DNA of 64,000 nt, from NCBI GenBank assembly GCA_041651535.1, contig JBAZIZ010000002.1, positions 82,059-146,058 of the forward strand, given 5' to 3'. The notes below the pieces were generated by a model. It worked only from the letters and a program-made list of their open reading frames with translations, searched no databases and was not told the DNA's origin. The DNA comes from Patescibacteria group bacterium. Its GTDB lineage: Bacteria; Patescibacteriota; Patescibacteriia; Magasanikbacterales; UBA922. Each line of letters begins with the position of its first letter. Positions within the stretch are counted from its first letter, which is position 1. Position numbers and translations under genes: made by a program. Shown piece after piece: positions 55,482-62,626 of the stretch.

Positions 55482-56534
55482 TTATTTCCAAATATAATTA
55501 TCAAAAACCCAATTAGAAACATCACGTGCTTCTATAAAACGACTTTCATTACTGTCTGCTCCCAAAACTACAGTATTTAAAATATGATTTTCAGCATCGC
55601 CAACTTGCATAGTAAAATTATACAAAGAAGCATCAATATAACCGGTTTTTCCACCTTTAAAAATATTAAACGAATTATTTATCCAACCAAGAAGTAACCA
55701 ATTTGTATTCCACATGTGATTATCTTTTTCTTTTAAACTAGAATGAACTGTTAAATCTTTTTTGTTTAAAGTAGTACTTATTTTTTCATTTTTTAAAGCT
55801 TCACTGAGTAAAATAACTAAATCAGAAGCAGTTGATAAATTTGTTTCTTCTAAACCTGTTGGATCAGTAAAAATTGTATCGGTCATTCCTAATTCTTGTG
55901 CTTTTTCATTCATACGAACTACAAATTCTTCTTGGTTAGGATAAATTTCTTTAATCAAAGACAAAATCGCTTTATTTGAAGAAGCAACTAAAGCTATTTC
56001 CCATAATTCTTCTAAAGAATAATTTTCACCAGCATAAATATGTGTGTCTAAATTATCTTCACCAATTACAGTTGTCATTTTTTGCCAATCAATATTTTTT
56101 TCTTTTTCTAACAAAACTAAAGCGGACATAAGTTTAGTGATGCTAGCCACTGGTCGTTTTTCATAAATATTTTTTCCATACAAAATTTTACCAGTCGCAT
56201 CATCTTTGACTATCAAAGCTTTAGCTGAAAAATTTTCTGGAAAAGAAACATTTTTATCTTTTAAAATTGGAGTTGGAGATTTTTCAATTTTTTCTGCAAT
56301 AATTTTTGGTTGTCGATAAACATAAGTTGAATTTTTTACTGCTACAAAATCTTCTTTTTTAATATTAATTTTTGCGATTTTTTCTCCACCAATAAATATT
56401 TCTTTGCCAGTTCCTTTTGCTAAAGCAAAAAAATACAAAGAAATTAAAATGAGTATTGCCAGTAAAATAAAAAAACTCTTCAAAAATATCTGCGGAGTTT
56501 TTTTTGTATCATTTGTCGGTAAAAAACTATTCAT
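55482..56534 (-). CDS. Serine D-Ala-D-Ala carboxypeptidase (peptidase S11)
   Basis: SITK, SSN and KTG motifs; N-terminal TM. Confidence 0.9.
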   Translation of the reverse strand: MNSFLPTNDTKKTPQIFLKSFFILLAILILISLYFFALAKGTGKEIFIGGEKIAKINIKKEDFVAVKNSTYVYRQPKIIAEKIEKSPTPILKDKNVSFPENFSAKALIVKDDATGKILYGKNIYEKRPVASITKLMSALVLLEKEKNIDWQKMTTVIGEDNLDTHIYAGENYSLEELWEIALVASSNKAILSLIKEIYPNQEEFVVRMNEKAQELGMTDTIFTDPTGLEETNLSTASDLVILLSEALKNEKISTTLNKKDLTVHSSLKEKDNHMWNTNWLLLGWINNSFNIFKGGKTGYIDASLYNFTMQVGDAENHILNTVVLGADSNESRFIEARDVSNWVFDNYIWK

Positions 56535-57081
56535 AATCTTCTGTATCTGAATTAGCTATTTTTTCTTTTACATAATCATGGTTATGAAATTCTTGATACT
56601 TTGGCAAATCTTCAATAGAATTTAGACCTAAACCTTTTAAAGCTTCCAGTGATAAAGAATAAATTGGAGTTAATTTTTCTGAAGAGTCTTTTTCTTGAAT
56701 AAGCCCACGAATAAGTAAATTTCTAATAATTACTGCACAATTTACTCCTCGTATTTCTTCAATTTCTGGTCTAGTCACTTCATTTTGATAAGCAATTATA
56801 GTCAAAGTTTCAAGTTGAGCTTTGGTAAGCTCTTCAGAAATTTCTGTTTTAATAAAAGAATCTAACAAACTAAAATTTTCTGAATTTGTAGTCATTTCAA
56901 AATTATCATCATTAAAAACAATCTGGATTCCAGAATTTTCATGATTATATTTAATTTTTAAATTTTCTAAAGCTTCACTAACTTCTGATTCAGTTTTTTC
57001 ACATGCTTTAGCAATTTGTTTTATTTTGAGCGGTTTTGAGGCTACAAAAAGTATTGATTCTATTTGGGCAGTCAATTCCAT
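56527..57081 (-). CDS. scpB: SMC-Scp complex subunit ScpB
   Basis: Likely start MELTAQIESILF at 57081. 'LETLTIIAY...EEIRGVN...LLIRGLI'. Confidence 0.92.
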   Translation of the reverse strand: MELTAQIESILFVASKPLKIKQIAKACEKTESEVSEALENLKIKYNHENSGIQIVFNDDNFEMTTNSENFSLLDSFIKTEISEELTKAQLETLTIIAYQNEVTRPEIEEIRGVNCAVIIRNLLIRGLIQEKDSSEKLTPIYSLSLEALKGLGLNSIEDLPKYQEFHNHDYVKEKIANSDTEDYE

Positions 57082-57193
57082 AATTTTTAAATAAGATAAA
57101 ACAATTATAACAAATTTTTCTAGCAACAGCAAGATTTGAAAAAACAAAAAACAAGCTTTTACAGAGCCTGTTTTTTTCTTTGCTTAAAAACAA

Positions 57194-57673
57194 TTATTTT
57201 TCTGATTTATTTTTAAAATCTTTAAAATTATGCTGATTATTTTTTATACCATCCAATCTTTCTGGTTTTTTATGTCCAAAATCAATACCTAATTCTTCAG
57301 CAATAATTTTAGCTTCATCAAAGTTTTTATTTTTTAAAAGTTCATGCATTTCAATAAAACGCGAAAAATTTTCTTTGGTTATTTTTTCAGCGATTTTAGA
57401 ATCACTACCCTCAGCTGTTATCCAAGCATCATAATCTTGATTTTGAATAGCTTCTTGAACTTTTTCAATTTGTTCTCTGTCAAATTTTATAGTTGTTGAA
57501 GACAATGAGTTTGTTTTTTCTTTAAAATTAAAATCACAACGACAATCACATTTTTTGTTATCTAAATTAGAATCTATATTATCTTGATCTTCTGCTTGAA
57601 CAAAACTATATGTTAAAAATACAGAAATTAAAAATAAAGAAAAAAGTAAAAAATTTCTTTTTTTGTTATCCAT
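57194..57673 (-). CDS. Secreted hypothetical protein
   Basis: Signal peptide, 'AIQNQDYDAW...ITKENFSRF' helical core. Confidence 0.7.
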   Translation of the reverse strand: MDNKKRNFLLFSLFLISVFLTYSFVQAEDQDNIDSNLDNKKCDCRCDFNFKEKTNSLSSTTIKFDREQIEKVQEAIQNQDYDAWITAEGSDSKIAEKITKENFSRFIEMHELLKNKNFDEAKIIAEELGIDFGHKKPERLDGIKNNQHNFKDFKNKSEK

Positions 57674-57744
57674 AAATAAAATTTTTATAAATTAACTATA
57701 AACGAATGACGTCTACAATTAGTAATACAAAAATTTTAACTTTT

Positions 57745-58644
57745 TTATTTCATTTTTTGAGACATACATTTTTCACATTCTTCTTTTGATTGCCAATCAC
57801 TCAAAACACAAGCTTTAAAACAGTCTTCACCCCCTGTTTCTAAAACAGCCCCTGGACCTTGTTTAATAAAATTACATTTTATAGAATTATTATTTAAACA
57901 ATTATTTTCCAATTCTCTTTCTGTCCTTTTTCGATTCATTTCTAATTCATTATCATCCACAACTCTATAATCAATAGCTTGAAAAGAATATTCTCCAGTT
58001 TTTTCACCAACAAATACCACAAAATCACCTTTTTCTAAAGTCTTTTTTTTACACGCTGATAAATTGACAATAACTTCATTTTCAAACATTGGCAATTGAA
58101 TTATAGCTTCTGGATAATTGACATATAAAATCATTCCGGCAATACTATGATCTCGCATATTATCAATATTTTGTGAAAATGGTTTAAATTTTTTTCCAAG
58201 ATCACTGTTAGGATTAAAAAAATGATATTCTAATTTATGATTCATTGAAGTAAAAGCAAGTAACGCACCAAATAAAAATATATTTAACACAAATATAATT
58301 GTAATAAAACCAAAAGATTTTTTATAAGCAAACTCGGTTTTACTGATTAAATAACCAGCTAAAAAAATTAAAGCAATAAAACAACTGACTAGCAAAAATG
58401 GAAAAGATTCCAAAAAAGCAAATAATCCTCTGCTGCCGAAACTTAAATAGATTAAATTATCAGTTGATTTAAAATAAAATAAAACTAAACTTAAAAATAA
58501 AATTGATAAAATTACACTAAAAATCAAAATACTACTAAAACCTAATTTTTCAGCTAAAAAAATATATTTTGATCTTAGAGAGACTTTGCCACTTTTTATT
58601 TTTTCCATTATTTCTTTTTCTAAATTTCTTTTTTCTTCTGACAT
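57745..58644 (-). CDS. Membrane protein, probable anti-sigma factor
   Basis: Directly after the ECF sigma gene. 'IMEKI' N-terminal helix, three TM segments, extracellular OB-like/Cys-rich part. Confidence 0.6.
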   Translation of the reverse strand: MSEEKRNLEKEIMEKIKSGKVSLRSKYIFLAEKLGFSSILIFSVILSILFLSLVLFYFKSTDNLIYLSFGSRGLFAFLESFPFLLVSCFIALIFLAGYLISKTEFAYKKSFGFITIIFVLNIFLFGALLAFTSMNHKLEYHFFNPNSDLGKKFKPFSQNIDNMRDHSIAGMILYVNYPEAIIQLPMFENEVIVNLSACKKKTLEKGDFVVFVGEKTGEYSFQAIDYRVVDDNELEMNRKRTERELENNCLNNNSIKCNFIKQGPGAVLETGGEDCFKACVLSDWQSKEECEKCMSQKMK

Positions 58645-58648
58645 AATT

Positions 58649-59212
58649 TTATTTTTTATTTTTAGAATTTAATTCTTTTATTAAATTTTTTTTAGCTCGA
58701 TGAATATAAATACCAACGGTATTTTTAGGAATTCTTAAAATATCACTGATTTCATCATAACTTTTTTCTTCAAAATAATACAACAATAAAACTTCGCGGT
58801 ATTTTGTCTTAATTAAATTTAAATAATCTGCCATTTCTTTTTGTAAAAATTTTTGATCCAATTTATCTTCTAAAAAGTTTTTTTCAGCAAAAATATTTTC
58901 GTCAATTTCATCTAAATTTAAATTTATTTTTGTCCGTCCGTGTTTTTTTAAATAATTTATTGTTTCATTATGTGCGATACGATAAGCCCAAGAAGAAAAC
59001 TTCTTTTTTGTATCAAAACCAAATAAATTTCTATAAATTTTTAAATAAACTTCTTGCAAAATATCTTCACTATCGTTAGAATTGTAACTCAAACGATTTA
59101 TATAACTAGATAAAGGAGTTTTATATCTAGCAATTATTTCACTATATAAATCCATGTTTCCGTTTCTGATCTCTTCTACCAGAACTTCGTCACTTTTTTG
59201 GCTTTTTTCCAT
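58649..59212 (-). CDS. ECF RNA polymerase sigma factor
   Basis: 'EDILQEVYLK', 'FSSWAYRIAHN', region 4 'SYDEISDIL.IPKNTV..IHRAK'. Confidence 0.92.
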   Translation of the reverse strand: MEKSQKSDEVLVEEIRNGNMDLYSEIIARYKTPLSSYINRLSYNSNDSEDILQEVYLKIYRNLFGFDTKKKFSSWAYRIAHNETINYLKKHGRTKINLNLDEIDENIFAEKNFLEDKLDQKFLQKEMADYLNLIKTKYREVLLLYYFEEKSYDEISDILRIPKNTVGIYIHRAKKNLIKELNSKNKK

Positions 59213-59280
59213 AAAATTGGCTAATTTTAGTCTATCTAATATATTACAATTATACTTGTAAAATTATTTCAAAGCAATAC

Positions 59281-59308
59281 AAAAAAACACCTCGTTTAAG
59301 GTGTTTTA
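59281..59308 (-). terminator. Intrinsic terminator after the Ltp-domain gene
   Basis: AAAACACCT-CGTTTA-AGGTGTTTT. Confidence 0.7.
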
Positions 59309-59326
59309 TGTTTAATTGATTTTTAT

Positions 59327-60037
59327 TTATAATCCAACTGAATTAACTCCGTATTCTGCTTGTCCTTGCGTAAAACCCTCATATAATAGTTGGCCTATTA
59401 AACCACCACGTGAAAATGAAGAATAATCCAAATATTGTTCGGCACTTTTAGCTGCCTGTTCATTCCAATCAGCACCAGAATTATCTGTTCCATAAACTGC
59501 ATCAACATGTGAAAATTTTTCGTATTCCAATTGTTTAATCAATCCCTCACGAGAAAAAGCAGAATAATCCAAATAAGCTTTTGCACTTCTGATAGCATTT
59601 TTTTGACTAACTGTTTCGGTTGATACTGGTATAATATCTTGTTTATCTACTTCTTCGGTCTGAGTTTGTGTTGGTAAAGATACTGGTGTAGTTTCTGATG
59701 CTGTTTGAATTTCATCTTCTTTTACAGGAGCGACTGTTATATTACCACTCTCTTCTACTATCATAGGAATATTTTCTTCTTTTTCTTCTACAATTTCTGT
59801 ATTTTGTGTATTCTCTACTACAACATGATTTTCTGTCTGATTATCAGTATCCTCAGGTGTTTCAGTTGTAATTCCAAATAGAACAAAAGAAACAATAATT
59901 GAAATACCAAAAATTTTTCCTATTCTTTTCCTAGTTATCTCACCTTTTAAAAATTTAGAAAAAGACGATGGTTTAATAAGCCCGATTATCAAACAGACGA
60001 AAGAACCTAAAAATATTAGCAAAAATAAATTTTCCAT
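59327..60037 (-). CDS. Membrane protein with two C-terminal Ltp (host-cell surface-exposed lipoprotein) repeats
   Basis: Two N-terminal TM helices, acidic linker, 'AxxSAxxYLDYSxFSRxGLIxQL..E.F' twice, 'DWNEQA'. Confidence 0.85.
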   Translation of the reverse strand: MENLFLLIFLGSFVCLIIGLIKPSSFSKFLKGEITRKRIGKIFGISIIVSFVLFGITTETPEDTDNQTENHVVVENTQNTEIVEEKEENIPMIVEESGNITVAPVKEDEIQTASETTPVSLPTQTQTEEVDKQDIIPVSTETVSQKNAIRSAKAYLDYSAFSREGLIKQLEYEKFSHVDAVYGTDNSGADWNEQAAKSAEQYLDYSSFSRGGLIGQLLYEGFTQGQAEYGVNSVGL

Positions 60038-60063
60038 ATTATGTTATACTTAAATAAATAAAT

Positions 60064-60242
60064 CCACTGCACCTTTGTATTTAAAAACACAAAAGGCTCT
60101 CCATGCAATGGTGATCTCTTACGAGACCCAGTAACCTTTCGGTTAAAGACTGGATAAACAATACCAAAGATGAGAGAGCCATCTCTATGTTTATCCAGTT
60201 TTAGACCATGCCCACAAAGCGAGTTTAGGTCTTTAAATTGTT
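60064..60242 (-). ncRNA. Highly structured 5' leader/ncRNA upstream of the Ltp-domain gene, family unknown
   Basis: TTGCTT(60277-60272)-N17-TAGAAT(60254-60249). Five helices, GAAA and GUAA tetraloops, potential 7-bp pseudoknot. Confidence 0.6.
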
Positions 60243-60345
60243 GCTTATATTCTAGCAAAATATTTTTTAAAAAGCAAGGTAAAAAACAAAAAAACACCTG
60301 TAAAAAAAGTATTTTATTTATTATGGACAAATTATAATTATTATA

Positions 60346-60374
60346 TTGACAATAAAAATTATATTGTGTATAGT
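60346..60374 (+). promoter_or_regulatory. Near-consensus sigma70 promoter with no downstream ORF
   Basis: TTGACA-N17-TATAGT. Confidence 0.75.
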
Positions 60375-60380
60375 TTATAT

Positions 60381-60443
60381 ACAAACGGCTTCGGCCTCCG
60401 AGACCCTGTTTTCCTCTTATGGATCACAGGGATCGTTTTTTTT
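60381..60443 (+). ncRNA. Candidate ~60-nt sRNA convergent on the PemK/MazF-like gene
   Basis: Follows the promoter. GGC-TTCG-GCC tetraloop hairpin, then CCCTGT/ACAGGG hairpin and a T tract ending at the toxin stop codon. Confidence 0.6.
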
Positions 60444-60840
60444 ATAAAAAGTCTTTTATCTTTTTTCTAACTTCATTAAATTCTTCTTTTGAAATTGTTC
60501 TTACTTTTCTTAATAATCTCTTAGAACTGATAAGTCTTAATTGGGATAAAATTAAATATGACGTTTCATTTTTATATTTTACAGGAAAATAATATTTCTT
60601 ATTATTAGTTTTATCTTGACTGGTCATCGGAATAATCCACATTATTTCCAGATTAAATTGTTTTATTATAAGAACAGGTCTTTCAAAAGTTTCGTTTTTC
60701 CCATTTTGTTCAAAGCCAATATTCATCCCTATACTAGCTCACCAATTTTCTCGTACTTTAAAAAAAATATTTTGTTTTGCTAAGTGTATTCTTATTTTTA
60801 ATTTTGTCCATTCTATAAAATTTTTTATTTTCCCCTCCAT
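60442..60840 (-). pseudogene. PemK/MazF-like toxin gene with an in-frame TGA at 60739-60741
   Basis: MEGKIKNFIEWTKLK...FFKVRENW*ASIGMNIGFEQNGKNETFERPVLII...IPMTS...SQLRLISSKRL; one frame throughout. Confidence 0.75.
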
Positions 60841-61024
60841 ATTTTAAAGTTATTTTAATAATATATATTTTATCAAAAAATAATACAAAAACAAAAAATT
60901 TTATTTTACAAAACCATTTTTAAATGTAACCCAATTGTCTGAAACTTTTATTTCAGAGCAAGAAAAAAACCTTTATTTAAAAATAAAAATATGTTAAAAT
61001 AAACACAAAATATAATAAGTAAAT

Positions 61025-61975
61025 ATGATTCTTTCAATAGCTTTATTAATTTTATCTTTGCTAACTGTAATAAAAAGTGCTGATTACGCAATTCATTATT
61101 CAGGAAAAATTGCCAGAAGTTTAAATCTTTCTAAATATATAGTTGGTTTTTTAATTGTGGCCGTAATTTCAATTTTACCTGAAACTTTAGTATCAGTAAA
61201 TTCAGCTTTAAAAGGTGTACCTGCTTTTGGTTTAGGTACACTTTATGGATCAAATATTGCTGATTTAACATTAGTTTTTGCTTTAGTGGTTTTATTATCA
61301 AGTAGAAACCTAAAAATTGAAAGTAAAATAATAAAAAATCGTTTTTTTTATATAGGACTTGTAGCTATACCAATTTTATTAGGTTTGAATGGACATTATT
61401 CACGTCTAGAAGGAATTATTTTAATAATATCTGGCCTGAGTTTTTATTTTTATATTTTAAACAAAAATCATTGTTCTCCAAAAGATATTAAAGAAAAAAT
61501 CAATTTATCTGATTTAACATTATTGATTATTAGCATGATTGGTTTGATTTTTGGATCACATTTTACTGTAAAATATGGGATTACTTTTGCAAATAGTTTA
61601 AAAATTAATCCAGTTTTAATCGGTATGTTTGTTGTGGGGGTTGGAACAACCTTACCTGAATTATTTTTTTCTGTCAGAGCCGCAAAAAATCACAATGATG
61701 ATTTGGCTTTAGGAGATATTTTAGGGACTGTTATGGCTGATGCTACCATAGTTGTTGGAATTATAGCTGTTATTATACCTTTTGCTTTTAATCCAAAAAT
61801 AATTTATATAACTGGTACATTTATGTTTTTGGCAATAAATTTGCTTTTTCATTTTATAAAAACTGAAAAACTTTTAACAAAAAAAGAAGCAGTTTTGCTA
61901 TTATTTTTTTATTTTATTTTTGTCTTCACTGAATTAGCCATAAACGATCAACGTTTTATAGAATTATTTAAATAA
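61025..61975 (+). CDS. Calcium/sodium antiporter (CaCA, YrbG-like)
   Basis: About 10 TM helices, alpha repeats 'SILPET..GSNIAD' and 'GTTLPEL..GDILG'. Confidence 0.85.
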   Translation: MILSIALLILSLLTVIKSADYAIHYSGKIARSLNLSKYIVGFLIVAVISILPETLVSVNSALKGVPAFGLGTLYGSNIADLTLVFALVVLLSSRNLKIESKIIKNRFFYIGLVAIPILLGLNGHYSRLEGIILIISGLSFYFYILNKNHCSPKDIKEKINLSDLTLLIISMIGLIFGSHFTVKYGITFANSLKINPVLIGMFVVGVGTTLPELFFSVRAAKNHNDDLALGDILGTVMADATIVVGIIAVIIPFAFNPKIIYITGTFMFLAINLLFHFIKTEKLLTKKEAVLLLFFYFIFVFTELAINDQRFIELFK

Positions 61976-62002
61976 AAAAACACTCAAATAAAAAAGTGTT
62001 TT
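61975..62002. terminator. Bidirectional terminator between antiporter and tRNA-Arg
   Basis: AAAACACT...AGTGTTTT. Confidence 0.6.
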
Positions 62003-62003
62003 G

Positions 62004-62075
62004 TGCTCCCGCCAGGAATCGAACCTGGATTTTTGGTTCCGCAAACCAATGTCCTATCCGTTGAACGACAGGAGC
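62004..62075 (-). tRNA. tRNA-Arg(GCG)
   Basis: Acceptor GCTCCTG/CGGGAGC, A20 in the D loop, anticodon arm TTGGT-TTGCGGA-ACCAA, T arm CCAGG-TTCGATT-CCTGG. Confidence 0.92.
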
Positions 62076-62078
62076 TTT

Positions 62079-62342
62079 TTAAATTATCATTTTTATTTTT
62101 CCATCATTAATCATTTTTTGTAAATAATCTTTTCTTTTTAGTTTTTTAATTTTTCTCTCAATTTTTCTAGCCACTTCTAAATTATTATATTCTTGAACTA
62201 ACACTAATTCAATATTTTTCATGTTTCTAGTTGTTTGAGTATGGCCATTTTTATGTTGTTTCAATCTCCTATCTATATTTGATGTGCTTCCAACATAAAA
62301 TCTGTTATCATTACTTTTTAATATATATACATATCCCCCCAT
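62079..62342 (-). CDS. Stand-alone GIY-YIG nuclease (SLX1-like)
   Basis: 'YVYILKS..RFYVGSTSNIDRRLKQH', 'ARKIERKIKKLK'. Confidence 0.9.
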   Translation of the reverse strand: MGGYVYILKSNDNRFYVGSTSNIDRRLKQHKNGHTQTTRNMKNIELVLVQEYNNLEVARKIERKIKKLKRKDYLQKMINDGKIKMII

Positions 62343-62365
62343 ATATTTTATATATTATTTTAATT

Positions 62366-62454
62366 TCCTATCCGCCCCGATGTTTCGCTTTAGCGAAAAT
62401 CGGAACTCCGACTCCACAGGACGTCGGAGTTGAACGACAGGAGCTTTTTAAATT
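62366..62454 (-). pseudogene. Duplicated 5' fragment of tRNA-Arg interrupted by a 55-nt double-hairpin insertion
   Basis: 62430-62454 is identical to 62061-62085 and 62366-62374 to 62052-62060. Insert occupies 62375-62429. Confidence 0.85.
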
Positions 62455-62461
62455 CAAAAAA

Positions 62462-62490
62462 ATTATATATTAAAATTATTAAAAAGTCAA
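62462..62490 (-). promoter_or_regulatory. Sigma70 promoter for tRNA fragment-GIY-YIG-tRNA-Arg
   Basis: TTGACT-N17-TATAAT. Confidence 0.75.
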
Positions 62491-62626
62491 CCGTATACAA
62501 TCAATTATGTCTGTCAGCAGGCAAGAAGTCGAAAATTTATTGTTTAAAATCTTTTTATTTTTTAATTTTTACTTTTTAATTTTCTTTTGCTATAATAAAA
62601 AGTATAGTAATCACCAGTTTAATATT

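Noticed and set aside
3485-57193. Numerous 60-170-aa ORFs antisense or out-of-frame within long genes (e.g. 15522-16040, 35757-36131, 52220-52567)
   Set aside because: Shadow ORFs inside well-supported genes with no recognisable motifs.
60064-60242. Known riboswitch/ribozyme (c-di-GMP, fluoride, hammerhead), RNase P, tmRNA or SRP identity for the structured RNAs
   Set aside because: I could not find their diagnostic conserved motifs by eye here or at 2131-2303 and 10272-10511; an Rfam search is still needed.
60016-60384. 122-aa minus-strand ORF
   Set aside because: Non-ATG start, low-complexity translation, overlaps two promoters and a strongly structured RNA; better explained as non-coding.
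60442-60840. Genome-wide TGA recoding (code 4 or 25)
   Set aside because: All other genes, including the 17-kb ORF, translate fully under code 11 without internal TGA; a single case is better explained as a nonsense mutation.
62231-62473. 80-aa plus-strand ORF
   Set aside because: Antisense to the GIY-YIG gene and runs through the tRNA fragment and palindrome.
59327-62490. Prophage or integrase-type island at tRNA-Arg
   Set aside because: No integrase or phage structural genes, and no tRNA 3'-end duplication seen.
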